Assembly: GCA_937984095.1 (NCBI GenBank) | Contig: CALJYH010000055.1 | Span: 1-50,344, forward strand | Reading direction: 5' to 3' | From: an uncultured Gammaproteobacteria bacterium | GTDB lineage: Bacteria > Pseudomonadota > Gammaproteobacteria > GCA-001735895 | DNA length: 50,344 bases | Part shown: positions 20,235-30,607 of the stretch, piece after piece | Position numbering within the stretch: the first letter of the stretch is position 1 | How the letters are laid out: every line of letters begins with the position of its first letter | Program-made: the position numbers and the translations under genes | Notes under the pieces: generated by a model | The model's input: the letters and a program-made list of their open reading frames with translations, nothing else | The model's database searches: none | Told to the model about the DNA's origin: nothing

Positions 20235-21257
20235 TTAGCCATGGGCCTGTTGTGCTTTCAGTTTTCGTTTTTCCAGGAATTGTTGATGTGATTCCGGGGT
20301 ACCATCATGAAACGAACCGGCCCATTTGTCGCACGGAATCTCCAGACCGCCATAATTGCATTCGAAAAACCGATGATGCATCTGGTGATGAAAGGTTCCC
20401 AGCGCCAACCGGTTCTTGCCGCCAAAAACCAACCCCTCGTAACCGGTATGCGTGGTCGCTGCAGACAGGGTGTAATGCTGTAAATGATAAATGATCAGTA
20501 GCGGATTGGCCGGAACCACCCAGTGAATCAGAACCGAACCGAGATAAATGATGTGTTCGACCGGGTGCATCGATAGTCCCGACCAGGGCCCGATATTGGT
20601 ATTTCGATGATGCAGGTAATGCACATGCCGATATAGCGGCGGCCAGTGTATCAGGCGATGAATCATGTAGAAGTAAAACGTCTCCCAGATCGGCACCAGG
20701 AAAATTAGCAATAGCAACCACAGGAAATCTCCCGGCATTTCCAGCATCGGGGCATAGCCGTTCGCCAGCGCCCACATCATTAGCGCCTCGTAGGCGGTCC
20801 ATACCGTTACGCCACTAGCACAGGTCCAGAACATGTTATCTAGAACCTGGTTGTTGAAGGTAAAAACACGGCTGCTTTTGGCAAGTGGTCTCGCGTCGTA
20901 GTGACGATCCTCACCCTGTTTGCGGTAGACGTAAAAATAAAGATGCAGGCCTCCCGCCACGAGAAACATCAGCGCCAGGTTTTTGATGAAAATTTGCGCG
21001 ATCCAGTCAAACTGGAAAACCTGGCAGCGCACCAACCCGGGGTGAAAAAAGAACCAGGAGATGATTGAAAGCATCAGAATGACCAGGTTTTCCGAAATTG
21101 GAAACCATCCACCGACAAACCATTTAATAATCGCTTTCGGCCTGAGGCGTCCACTGAATAGCGGTGATACCTGGATCGGTAGTTCGGGGATGTAATTCCA
21201 CTGCTTTCTCTGCGGACGTACCCTGGCCGTGTCCGGGCCTATCTTGTCATCAGTCAT
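20235..21257 (-). CDS. Sterol desaturase / fatty acid hydroxylase family protein
   Basis: His boxes HRLIH, HYLHH, HHQMHH; TM segments; GLSMHPVEH. Confidence 0.88.
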   Translation of the reverse strand: MTDDKIGPDTARVRPQRKQWNYIPELPIQVSPLFSGRLRPKAIIKWFVGGWFPISENLVILMLSIISWFFFHPGLVRCQVFQFDWIAQIFIKNLALMFLVAGGLHLYFYVYRKQGEDRHYDARPLAKSSRVFTFNNQVLDNMFWTCASGVTVWTAYEALMMWALANGYAPMLEMPGDFLWLLLLIFLVPIWETFYFYMIHRLIHWPPLYRHVHYLHHRNTNIGPWSGLSMHPVEHIIYLGSVLIHWVVPANPLLIIYHLQHYTLSAATTHTGYEGLVFGGKNRLALGTFHHQMHHRFFECNYGGLEIPCDKWAGSFHDGTPESHQQFLEKRKLKAQQAHG

Positions 21258-21446
21258 ACGGATTAAAGCTCCAGTGGGTTACTTAACCGATTAGCGATAG
21301 TATTTTTAATTCATCAATACTTCGCAAAATTCATCCAAACTACGAATCACATTGATTTAAATACCAGTTTTAAAATTATTCCCAGAATACGGTGATATAC
21401 AAACGAAAAAAATTCGGTTATAAATTAATTTTTTTAATGCATCTCC

Positions 21447-22346
21447 ATGTTTAATCAGCTACCACCACTGAAAGCACTGCGCGCATTCGAGGCCGCCGCA
21501 CGCCACGGTAGTTTCACCACCGCAGCCGGTGAATTATCCTTGACCCAGGGCGCCATCAGCTATCAGGTAAGAAACCTGGAGTCAAAACTGGGAATTACCC
21601 TGTTTCAGCGCAGCGCCCGGCAAGTCACCCTGACGCCTCAGGGTCAGAGCTTGTATCGCACCACCCACCGCCTGTTCCGCGAACTCGAGGACGAAATTCA
21701 TAAAATCGCACCCGGCAAGGACCAGTTGATCCTGACGGTTTCCGTCAGCACCTATTTCGTCACGCGCTGGCTGTCAAAACGTCTTGGCCACTTTCTCAAC
21801 AATCATCCCGAAGTCACGATTCGTCTACAGCACTCAGTTAACGATCCCGACTTCACGGTCGAGGATGTCGATCTGGCGATACGCTGGGGCAATGGGAACT
21901 GGCAACAGGGCGAATCGGAGTTGTTGATTCCATCACCGATGATGGCTGTCTGTGCCCCGGGCCTGATGCCTTCCAAAGTGGAGCTCGACGACCTGCGTAA
22001 TCAAACATTTCTGCACGACCAGGACAGTACCGATGGTTGGCGAGAATGGTTACGGCTGGCCGGATTTGCCGACCTGGAAGCGGGTCCGGGTCCGGTCATC
22101 GACGACCCCAACGTGCGAGTTCAATCGGCTATCGATGGGCAGGGCCTGGTACTGGCAAATAGTCTACTGAGCGACGATATTGCCGCGGGCCGCCTGGTCG
22201 AACCGTTCGATATCCGCCTCGAAGGATACGGCTTCCATCTGTTGTACGAACCTGCCGCCAGGCGCCGCAACGCATTTCAGCTATTCAGGCAATGGCTACT
22301 GCAAGAAGCTGAACAGTTTAACCGGAACAACTCGCCGTCTGATTAA
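21447..22346 (+). CDS. LysR family regulator (GcvA-like)
   Basis: LPPLKALRAFEAAARHGSFT, DLAIRWG. Confidence 0.92.
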   Translation: MFNQLPPLKALRAFEAAARHGSFTTAAGELSLTQGAISYQVRNLESKLGITLFQRSARQVTLTPQGQSLYRTTHRLFRELEDEIHKIAPGKDQLILTVSVSTYFVTRWLSKRLGHFLNNHPEVTIRLQHSVNDPDFTVEDVDLAIRWGNGNWQQGESELLIPSPMMAVCAPGLMPSKVELDDLRNQTFLHDQDSTDGWREWLRLAGFADLEAGPGPVIDDPNVRVQSAIDGQGLVLANSLLSDDIAAGRLVEPFDIRLEGYGFHLLYEPAARRRNAFQLFRQWLLQEAEQFNRNNSPSD

Positions 22347-22476
22347 ATTTTTAAATATAGTGTATGTCGTTAAAAAAAATTCACGCACCTGGTAGATTGA
22401 TATCCTGTCCCCGGTCGGGCAATAATTGCTGACCAGGTCAAGTCAGATCGACCCTATCGCTAAACGGAGACAAATC

Positions 22477-23628
22477 GTGACCCAGGCAGGCTTAAGCACC
22501 CACGAGTTTTCCCATATAAGAGGGAAATACGATGAAACGGCGGTTCGTTCTCACTCCATCAATACCCAGTGCTACGTCGATCCGAAGTTTTTACAGATCG
22601 AGCGCGAGCAAATTTTTCATCGCAGTTGGCAGTTCCTGTGCCACGAGGAAAAACTGCGCGATCCGGGCAGCTATGTCACCCTGAGTATTGAAGGACAAAG
22701 CATTGTTGGCGTGCGTAATCGTGAAGGTGAACTCAAGGCCTACTATAACGTCTGCAAGCACCGCGGGCATGAACTGCTATCGGGAGAAGGCCAAACCAAA
22801 GGGATCACCTGCCCCTACCATGCATGGACTTATGACCTTGATGGTGCGTTGGTCAACGCGCCACGCTCAGAGCATCTTGAAAATTTCAATCAAAAGGAAA
22901 TCTGCCTGGAGCCGGTACAGATAGAAATTTTCTGCCACCTGGTTTTTGTCAATTTAGACTCCGAAGCCTCGTCCCTGACGATGCAATCAGGCGACCTGGC
23001 GACTGAAATCATGCAATACGCACCTGACCTCGCGGATCTTACCTTCTCAACGCGCCTGACTTATCGCATCAAGGCGAACTGGAAAGCCGTGGTGGACAAC
23101 TTTCTCGAATGTTATCACTGCCCGGTCGCGCACAAGGGTTTCAGCTCGATGATCGACATGGATACCTACCAGGTTAAAACCCACGGTATTTATTCAAGCC
23201 ATATGGCCAAAGCCAGGCTGGGTGAAAATAGCGCCTACAACATCGCGGATGCGACCGTGATCGACCATGCTGTCTGGTTTTTATGGCCCAATATGACCTT
23301 GATGCGCTACCCCGGTCGCGGCAACTTCATGGTGTGGCGCTTTTACCCGATAAACGAGCACGAAACCTGGGAGGAATTCGATTTCTTCTTTGAAACCGCC
23401 GAACCGGACGAAACCGAAAAAGAAGCACTCAAGTTTATCGATGAAGTGCTGCAACCTGAAGACATCGGCCTGGTCGAGAGCGTGCAACGGGGTATGAATA
23501 CCCCCGCCTTCAACTCGGGACGCTACATGGTGGATATCGAAGGCAGCGGCGCCAGCGAACACGCGGTGCACCATTTCCATGGACTCATTCTTGATGCCTA
23601 CCAGCGCGCCAGCGAAGCATCCATATGA
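22477..23628 (+). CDS. Rieske non-heme iron oxygenase alpha subunit (CntA/YeaW-like)
   Basis: CKHRG...CPYHAW Rieske motif, NWKAVVDNFLECYHC, PEDIGLVESVQRG, SEH; GTG 22477 after GGAG. Confidence 0.9.
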   Translation: MTQAGLSTHEFSHIRGKYDETAVRSHSINTQCYVDPKFLQIEREQIFHRSWQFLCHEEKLRDPGSYVTLSIEGQSIVGVRNREGELKAYYNVCKHRGHELLSGEGQTKGITCPYHAWTYDLDGALVNAPRSEHLENFNQKEICLEPVQIEIFCHLVFVNLDSEASSLTMQSGDLATEIMQYAPDLADLTFSTRLTYRIKANWKAVVDNFLECYHCPVAHKGFSSMIDMDTYQVKTHGIYSSHMAKARLGENSAYNIADATVIDHAVWFLWPNMTLMRYPGRGNFMVWRFYPINEHETWEEFDFFFETAEPDETEKEALKFIDEVLQPEDIGLVESVQRGMNTPAFNSGRYMVDIEGSGASEHAVHHFHGLILDAYQRASEASI

Positions 23629-24383
23629 GCAGCATGCTCGAGGGTAAAACGGCATTCGTCACCGGTGGCACCGGGGGGATTGGCAGCGCGATTTGCGCAC
23701 GCTTTGCGCGCGAAGGTGCGCAGGTGATTGCAGCCGATTTAACACAACAAGGGGAACTGTCTGACCAGGTCGAGTTTGCCGCTTACGATGTCACCGATGA
23801 AACAATTTGTCAGAATACATTCGCCACTCTTGCAGAACGCTGGGACAAGCTCGATATCCTGGTCAACGCGGCCGGCATCGAAATCGAAAAGACCATCGAA
23901 GATACGACACTCGAAGAATGGAATCGCATCTTTGCGATCAACGTGACCGGCATGTTCCTGACTTCAAAGTACGCACTGCCGCTGCTGCGCAAATCGGACG
24001 GCGCGAGTGTAATCAATTTTGGATCCTACGATGGCTATATCGCCGACCCCGGGTTGGCCGCTTACTGTGCCACCAAGGGTGCGGTACACGCGCTGACACG
24101 CGCGATGGCCTGCGATCATGGACCCGAAGGCATCCGCGTCAATGCGATTTGTCCGGGTTATGTCGACACACCGATGCTACAGAGTTTTTTCGGTGAATCG
24201 GGTGATATCGAATCGCTCAAGAAAGCGGTTCGCGACGTTCACCCGATCCGTACCTATGGCACTCCGGAAGATATCGCCAACCTGGTTAACTGGCTTGCTT
24301 CCGACGAGGCTCGCTATGCATCGGGTCAACTCTGGGTTATCGACGGCGGGCTGAGCGCTCAAGTCCAGCAGATGAACTTATGA
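23625..24383 (+). CDS. SDR family oxidoreductase
   Basis: TGGTGGIG, NAAG, YCATK; ATGA overlap. Confidence 0.92.
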   Translation: MSSMLEGKTAFVTGGTGGIGSAICARFAREGAQVIAADLTQQGELSDQVEFAAYDVTDETICQNTFATLAERWDKLDILVNAAGIEIEKTIEDTTLEEWNRIFAINVTGMFLTSKYALPLLRKSDGASVINFGSYDGYIADPGLAAYCATKGAVHALTRAMACDHGPEGIRVNAICPGYVDTPMLQSFFGESGDIESLKKAVRDVHPIRTYGTPEDIANLVNWLASDEARYASGQLWVIDGGLSAQVQQMNL

Positions 24384-25135
24384 AACAGTTACAGGGGAAG
24401 ACTGCGTTGATTACCGGTGGGCGACAAGGCATCGGTCGCGCCATCGTGGACAAGTTTCTGGCCGAAGGCGCCCAGGTCATGACCTGCGGTCGCGGAGAGA
24501 GACCGCAGGATTTGCCGGATGAAGTTTACTGGCAGACGGCCAATATCGCTGACAAGTTAGACGTCGATAACCTGCTCAAAGCGGTGGTTGACGAGTTCGG
24601 CGAGCTCTCGATCCTGGTCAATAACGCGGGCATCCAGATCGAAAAGACCGTGGTCGACACGACTGACGAGGATTATGCAAGGCTGATGGGCGTCAATGCC
24701 TGGGGCGTATTCCTAGCCTGTCGCACCTGTATTCCGATCATGTCCAGCGGTGGTTCGATCATCAACATCGGATCAATCTCGGCGTCGACCGCGGATCCTG
24801 GACTTGCTCTTTACAATGCATCCAAGGCTTTCGTTCAGGGCCTGACACGATCGATCGCAGTCGACCATGGCCCCGATATTCGCTGCAACGCGATCAGCCC
24901 CGGCTGGATCATGACCGACATGGCCGATGCGGCGTTTGCGGTCGCAAAACACCCTGCAGCAGCAAAACGCGATGCACTGGCGCGTCACCCGGCAGGACGT
25001 TTCGGTGAGCCAGGCGATATTGCCAGCCTTGCGGCCTGGCTTGCCTCGGATGAGGCGAGCTTCGCGACCGGACAGTGCTATACCCTCGATGGCGGCATGA
25101 CAGCGGCCTCGCCGTTAAATCCGGCGCTGTTCTAG
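24380..25135 (+). CDS. SDR family oxidoreductase
   Basis: TGGRQGIG, NNAG, YNASK; ATGA overlap. Confidence 0.92.
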   Translation: MKQLQGKTALITGGRQGIGRAIVDKFLAEGAQVMTCGRGERPQDLPDEVYWQTANIADKLDVDNLLKAVVDEFGELSILVNNAGIQIEKTVVDTTDEDYARLMGVNAWGVFLACRTCIPIMSSGGSIINIGSISASTADPGLALYNASKAFVQGLTRSIAVDHGPDIRCNAISPGWIMTDMADAAFAVAKHPAAAKRDALARHPAGRFGEPGDIASLAAWLASDEASFATGQCYTLDGGMTAASPLNPALF

Positions 25136-25230
25136 AATTTCCGCTCCTTCTTGAGCTGAATGCACTATAAATAAAGCATTCAGCAAACCAGTTTGCTATT
25201 CAATAAACCAGATCAGGCAAGACTATCGCA

Positions 25231-26622
25231 ATGTCAACCGATGTCGATGAAATCACGTTAATTCTGTCGGGTGTAAAAATTCTGCAGGATCTCGATGTCG
25301 AGATCATCCGCGATATCGCGCGGCATACGCAAATCGAAGCGTTCGATAAAAACGAGCTGGTAATCGAGGCCGGTCAGATGGGTAGGCGCATCTACTTCAT
25401 CTTCGAAGGTAAAGTCGAGGTCCAGATTCCCGACATTCAGGGCGAAGTCAAAAGCCGAATCATGCTTAAGAAAGGCGAAGTCGTTGGCGAAATTTCGTTG
25501 TTGATTAACTCGACCTATTCCGCCGATGTTGTTGCACTATCTAAAACCACCGCGTTTTACCTCGATCAGCAACATTTTAACGAATTGGTCGAAAAGCACC
25601 CCGACTTTGCCGAAGTCATGTCACAGTTGATGACCAGCCGTATGGCACAAAACGGCGGCATCAACCGGGTCGGCAAGTACGAGTTGCGCAGCAAGCTCGG
25701 CGAGGGATCCATGGCGACCGTGTTCAACGCCTGGGACAAGGAACTGGAACGCGAAGTTGCGATCAAGATGCTGAAGTACAAGCTGGCCTTCAACGAAAAA
25801 TTTCTGGACCGCTTCGAACAGGAAGCCAAAACCATCGCCAGTTTGAACCATCCAAATATCGTCAATGTGTTCGAGGTTATCGACGAATTTTCCACGCGCT
25901 TCATTGTCATGGAAAAGCTACACGGCCAGGATCTTGCAGCGATCCTGGAAGAAAAAGGTGCATTCAGTCTCGAGCAAACGCGCGAAATCTTGTTCCAGGT
26001 CGCGAGCGCCTTGCAATACGCACACAATCATGGCGAAAAAGGAATCGTGCACCGCGATATCAAACCGTCAAATATCGTGATCGATGCCTACGGTAACATC
26101 AAGCTCACCGATTTTGGCGTTGCCGGCCCACCACAGGACAAAAAGGTTAATATCGAGGGATCACCCTCATACCTGGCCCCGGAAATCATTAACGGCGACA
26201 TGCTCGATGGTCGCACCGACATTTATGCGCTCGGAGTCATGGCGTTCCACATGTTGACCAACAGCCTGCCTTTCAGCGCAGGGACACTGGGTAAGCTATT
26301 AAAGATGCAGGTCAATCAGAAACCACCTGATATCCGTAATACCTGTCCGGAAATCGATGAAAGCCTGGCTGTATTCATCGACAGTGCGCTGTCAAAGGAT
26401 CCCGACGATCGCATTTCGGACTGGGATGAAATCCGGAAAATCCTGAAACCCTCAAGCCAGCTAAACTTGATGCTGGATCCCGACGAGCTCGCGGTGATCA
26501 TCCGTTTTCGCGATACTGCCTACCAGTTATCGGGCAGCTTCATCAACGCGATGCAAAAGTTGCTGCAGGAAGAAAACATCAACCACCAGATCGAAATACA
26601 TCGCGGCAACGACGACGAGTAA
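25231..26622 (+). CDS. Cyclic-nucleotide-binding domain + Hanks-type Ser/Thr kinase
   Basis: N-terminal GEVVGEISLL..SADVVA; kinase LGEGSMATV, VAIK, HRDIKPSN, DFG, YLAPE. Confidence 0.92.
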   Translation: MSTDVDEITLILSGVKILQDLDVEIIRDIARHTQIEAFDKNELVIEAGQMGRRIYFIFEGKVEVQIPDIQGEVKSRIMLKKGEVVGEISLLINSTYSADVVALSKTTAFYLDQQHFNELVEKHPDFAEVMSQLMTSRMAQNGGINRVGKYELRSKLGEGSMATVFNAWDKELEREVAIKMLKYKLAFNEKFLDRFEQEAKTIASLNHPNIVNVFEVIDEFSTRFIVMEKLHGQDLAAILEEKGAFSLEQTREILFQVASALQYAHNHGEKGIVHRDIKPSNIVIDAYGNIKLTDFGVAGPPQDKKVNIEGSPSYLAPEIINGDMLDGRTDIYALGVMAFHMLTNSLPFSAGTLGKLLKMQVNQKPPDIRNTCPEIDESLAVFIDSALSKDPDDRISDWDEIRKILKPSSQLNLMLDPDELAVIIRFRDTAYQLSGSFINAMQKLLQEENINHQIEIHRGNDDE

Positions 26623-26679
26623 ATCGTCATCCGGCATTTCCTGATGACTCCTTAATTGTATTGAATCAACTAATGCAGG

Positions 26680-28440
26680 CTACTCCAGGCCGCATGCCCT
26701 CAAACCGTTTAGATAGGGATCCAGACCTCCGGGATGTTTTGTCGGCAGGTTTTTTTCAAGAAAACCGATCGACAGGTCGGGTTTTGCTGCAAGCGCCTGG
26801 GCAAGGGACTGATTCGCCTCGTCAACCCGCTCGAGATTCGCCAATGCGGAAGCCTTAACGGCGTGCGACCAGTACCCCGTCGCATTGGGAATCTGCAGGG
26901 TTTGGTTGGCCCATTCCAGCGCCGCTTCGTATTCTTCGCTGAGGATATAGGTGAGCGCATGCACAATCGTGAATGCCCACATCATTGGGTCGCGAGGGCT
27001 CATCGCAACCGCCTGTTTGGTCGTGAGCTTGGATTCCTCGAGTTCTCCCGCGAGCGTCAGTGCCATCCCAAGTCCATGATAGGCCTGCGCAAAACAGGGG
27101 TTCAGTTCGATCGATTTTCGCAGCGCCCTGATTGATGCGTCATGATCACCCAGCATCATGTGAATACGGCCAATCGCAAAATACGAAATCGCATCCCTGT
27201 CATCGCATTGCAGCGCTACCTTAGCGGCAGCCATACCCTCCTGCAAGAGTGCATCCGGATCTTCTGCAGTGCCCAGAATCACGAATTGATAGCAGCAATA
27301 GGCATGGTAGGCATGAGCCGGGGCAAATTTGGGATCGGCGTCAGAGGCCCTTTTAAATAACTCCAATGCGGTCCTGACATTTTCAGTCTCGTAAGTCCAC
27401 ATGTACCACAACGCCCGCTGATAAAGCTCCCAGGCATCGAGATTATCAGGCGGCTTGTTAAGCGCCCGCTCCCGCTCGAACGCATTCAATTCAGGCTCGA
27501 GTGCCGAGGCAATAACCCGTACCATCTCATCCTGCAGATCGAAGATATCCTCCATCTCGCGATCGTAGCGTTCGGCCCAGACATGGTGGCCGGTTTCGGC
27601 ATCGATGAGCTGCACGGTCACTCGGACCCGGTTGCCCGACTTGCGCACACTGCCTTCCAGCACAAAACGGACGCCAAGCTCGCTAGCCACCTGGCGTACA
27701 TCAATTGCAGAGCCCTTGTAGGAGAAAGTGCTTTCGCGCGAAATAACCTTGAACGAACGGATCTTGGACAAGGCGGTGATCAAATCTTCGGTGATGCCGT
27801 CGCCGATAAAATCCTGGTCCGGGTCATTGCTCATATTCGTCAGAGCCAGTACGGCGATCGAGGGCATTTCAGAAGCGCGCGTTTTTTTTGCGCCAGCAGC
27901 CTTGGGCTGATCATCTTCCGGCTGCCAGTAAAACACTTGGACCGGCCGATTAATGTTTTTAAACTGCTCCTCACCACCGTCGTTAAAATCCACATCGAGC
28001 TTGCCAAGGACCTGTTCGTGAACCGACGTGGAAATGCAGATACCTCCTTCGGGTGCCGCGGCTTCAAGCCGGGCCGCGAGATTGACGCCATCGCCAAATA
28101 CTTCGCCGCGGTCTTCGATGACATCACCGATATTAATGCCGATACGAATCTGGACCTTCTTATCGTCGTCAACCTGGTGATTTTTACGGGCCATCTCGCG
28201 CTGGATATCGACAGCCGTGTTAACGGCGCTGACCGCGCTGGAAAATTCCGCCAGGATCGCATCACCTGAGTAGCGCAGGACCTTGCCGCCCGTTTTTGAG
28301 ATCTGCTGGCTGGCGTAGTCCAGCACCTCCATGACCTGCCGGTGTGTGCCCTCCTCATCGCCACCCGTCAGGCGCGAATAACCAGCGACATCGGTATATA
28401 GAATCGCGGTAAGCTTGCGATTGAGTGAATCAGGTGGCAT
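26680..28440 (-). CDS. Class III cyclase - TolB-like - TPR protein
   Basis: AILYTDVAGYSRL, GDGVNLAARLE, PSIAVL..NMS.DPDQ..DGITEDL, TPR-like C-terminus; start inferred at ATG 28440. Confidence 0.9.
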   Translation of the reverse strand: MPPDSLNRKLTAILYTDVAGYSRLTGGDEEGTHRQVMEVLDYASQQISKTGGKVLRYSGDAILAEFSSAVSAVNTAVDIQREMARKNHQVDDDKKVQIRIGINIGDVIEDRGEVFGDGVNLAARLEAAAPEGGICISTSVHEQVLGKLDVDFNDGGEEQFKNINRPVQVFYWQPEDDQPKAAGAKKTRASEMPSIAVLALTNMSNDPDQDFIGDGITEDLITALSKIRSFKVISRESTFSYKGSAIDVRQVASELGVRFVLEGSVRKSGNRVRVTVQLIDAETGHHVWAERYDREMEDIFDLQDEMVRVIASALEPELNAFERERALNKPPDNLDAWELYQRALWYMWTYETENVRTALELFKRASDADPKFAPAHAYHAYCCYQFVILGTAEDPDALLQEGMAAAKVALQCDDRDAISYFAIGRIHMMLGDHDASIRALRKSIELNPCFAQAYHGLGMALTLAGELEESKLTTKQAVAMSPRDPMMWAFTIVHALTYILSEEYEAALEWANQTLQIPNATGYWSHAVKASALANLERVDEANQSLAQALAAKPDLSIGFLEKNLPTKHPGGLDPYLNGLRACGLE

Positions 28441-28528
28441 CGAATTCCGTGAAATTACACTAGCTTTCTTGGTTTCGAAAATCAGTATAAAGAGCACCAA
28501 GCCGAAGTCCAGCCAAAATGGTTAATGC

Positions 28529-29911
28529 TTGAGTCATGTTTCGAGTAATATTGGCGGCCATTTTATAATCAATACTGGAACCGAGATCAACGAACCGAAC
28601 AGCCCCATACGGCCGAAGATAGCCGGGATTTTAATTCTGTCGATGGTCGTTATTACGATCCTCGTGGGATTGAAGTTAGTCGGTCCTGACTCCAGTCTTT
28701 TATTGATCGCCGGTATCACCTCGTGGTTGGCGGCATTACTATTGTTTGTCGACACCTCACGCGTGCTCAAGATCCAGGTTTCGCTCATCTTGTTAATCGG
28801 TATCGCCATGATTGTCTACGCACAGCAACACTCGGTGCTAGTGAACACGAATGCATTGATCAGCGCGAATACCGGCCTGATGACGATGATCGCGGCAGTC
28901 GGTTTTCTGCGCCTGGTGGTGATTCCCGAAACCGAGTACGAAGAAACCTTACCCGTAGGCAGAAAGGCGTTTCTGCAAACCATTCTCGGGCTTAATATTT
29001 CGAGCTCGGTCATCAATATTTCGGCACCGATCCTGATTTCAGATCGTATCCATCGCAGGCACCCCCTGGATCGTTTCACTGCTCAGAGCTTTACCCGGAT
29101 TTTTTGTGGCGTCTCCAGCTGGTCGCCCTTTTTCGCCGCCATGGCGGTGGTGTTAACTTATGTCAGCGATGCGAGCCTGCTGTGGATTATCGTGGCTGGA
29201 TTTCCGTTCATGTTGATTGGTTTTATCGGCGTTTATTTCGAAGCCCGCATCCGCTATCCAAATGAGTTGGAATCTTTTGTTGGTTACCCGACCCATCTGA
29301 GTGCGCTCAAGATTCCGGCAATCTTGATTATCACCGTGGTATTGATATCGCTACTGCTGCCGACTACCCCGATCCTGATGCTGATTGCAATCAGCGCGCT
29401 ACTGGTGACCTGCTCGGTCCTCATTCCGCGTCATGGGATGATCGGTTCGATCGAACGACTTAAAACTTACGTTACCAGTGGATTGCCCAGAATCGTCAAC
29501 GAATTGTGCCTGTTCCTCGCGGCGGGAGTGCTCGCCGGGGGCATTTCGGCCCTGATTACGCACGGCGTTGTTGAAAACCCCTTCAGCCAGTTTGATGCCA
29601 TCACCGCAGCCGAGGTACTGGCCATCATGCTGTTGTGCGCATTCTGCGGGATTCATCCGATTATCATGATATCGAGCTTCGCACCGATGATCATGACGCT
29701 GAATCCCGATCCCAACCTGCTCGCGGCGACCTTCCTGTTCGCCTGGCATCTCGGCACCTGCTCGAATCCCCTGTCCGGTACCAACCTGGTGTTTCAGGGT
29801 CGTTATGGCATACCTGGCTGGAAACTTGCCTTCTGGAACTGGCCTTACGCAATCGTAATGCTGGTTATCGGCGTGTTCTGGTTGCAAATCGTCGCGCAAG
29901 CTTTTCCCTGA
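28529..29911 (+). CDS. Polytopic membrane protein, putative transporter
   Basis: 460 aa with more than 10 hydrophobic segments, WSPFF and GIHPII motifs; start uncertain. Confidence 0.7.
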   Translation: MSHVSSNIGGHFIINTGTEINEPNSPIRPKIAGILILSMVVITILVGLKLVGPDSSLLLIAGITSWLAALLLFVDTSRVLKIQVSLILLIGIAMIVYAQQHSVLVNTNALISANTGLMTMIAAVGFLRLVVIPETEYEETLPVGRKAFLQTILGLNISSSVINISAPILISDRIHRRHPLDRFTAQSFTRIFCGVSSWSPFFAAMAVVLTYVSDASLLWIIVAGFPFMLIGFIGVYFEARIRYPNELESFVGYPTHLSALKIPAILIITVVLISLLLPTTPILMLIAISALLVTCSVLIPRHGMIGSIERLKTYVTSGLPRIVNELCLFLAAGVLAGGISALITHGVVENPFSQFDAITAAEVLAIMLLCAFCGIHPIIMISSFAPMIMTLNPDPNLLAATFLFAWHLGTCSNPLSGTNLVFQGRYGIPGWKLAFWNWPYAIVMLVIGVFWLQIVAQAFP

Positions 29912-29912
29912 G

Positions 29913-30578
29913 TCACCTGATTATCAACATTGAAGGATCCGGGCAATTTTGCTTGAAGAATTCCAGATCGGCCGGGCGCACTACCCCGGGATAGTCTCCG
30001 TGAAATTCCTGTATGTCCTGAATCAACTGAAAATGGAGGTGCGGGGTCCAGTTACCGTTAACCGGTCGCGGTCCAATTTCAGCAATTTTTTCACCGCTGA
30101 CAACAGGTTTACCATCGTAGAGTCCCTCAAGCGAGGCCTCTGCCAGATGTCCGTACAGACTATGAAATTCAAAATCATTTAGACAGTGTCGCAGGATAAT
30201 GACCGGACCATAGTCGCCGCCCACCTGCCGGTTGGCAAAACTCTGCACCTCCCCGTCAAGTGGTGCAAATATCGGTGTTGCGGAAGGCATGAAAACATCG
30301 ACGCCAATGTGGATACAGCGCTCCTCGTCTCCCTGGAACAGTTCGGTGTCCCGGTAGACCGAGCGATTTTCCAGGTAGCCGCCCACTCCAGCTATTGCCC
30401 CGGCATCATCAATCTTGCTAAACACTTCAGCATCGATTTCGGTTTCGTTCAAACTTTGAAAGGTATTGTTGGTACTCGACAATTCCATGTAAACGGTATT
30501 TCCAGCCGTTAAAACAGGCTCGAACATAGGAACAAACACTTCTCGATTGGTCTTTATGAAATCAGCAAATTTCATCAA
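29913..30578 (-). CDS. M23 family metallopeptidase domain protein
   Basis: HIGVD, LYGHL, PHLHFQ zinc motifs; no signal peptide. Confidence 0.85.
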   Translation of the reverse strand: MMKFADFIKTNREVFVPMFEPVLTAGNTVYMELSSTNNTFQSLNETEIDAEVFSKIDDAGAIAGVGGYLENRSVYRDTELFQGDEERCIHIGVDVFMPSATPIFAPLDGEVQSFANRQVGGDYGPVIILRHCLNDFEFHSLYGHLAEASLEGLYDGKPVVSGEKIAEIGPRPVNGNWTPHLHFQLIQDIQEFHGDYPGVVRPADLEFFKQNCPDPSMLIIR

Positions 30579-30607
30579 TTGTCCTCGTCATCCCCGCATC
30601 TTGAGTG

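Noticed and set aside
25231-28440. Anti-phage cyclic nucleotide system (Pycsar/CBASS-like)
   Set aside because: Genes are convergent rather than operonic, the cyclase has the common TolB-TPR architecture, and there is no TIR, TM or nuclease effector or defence-island context
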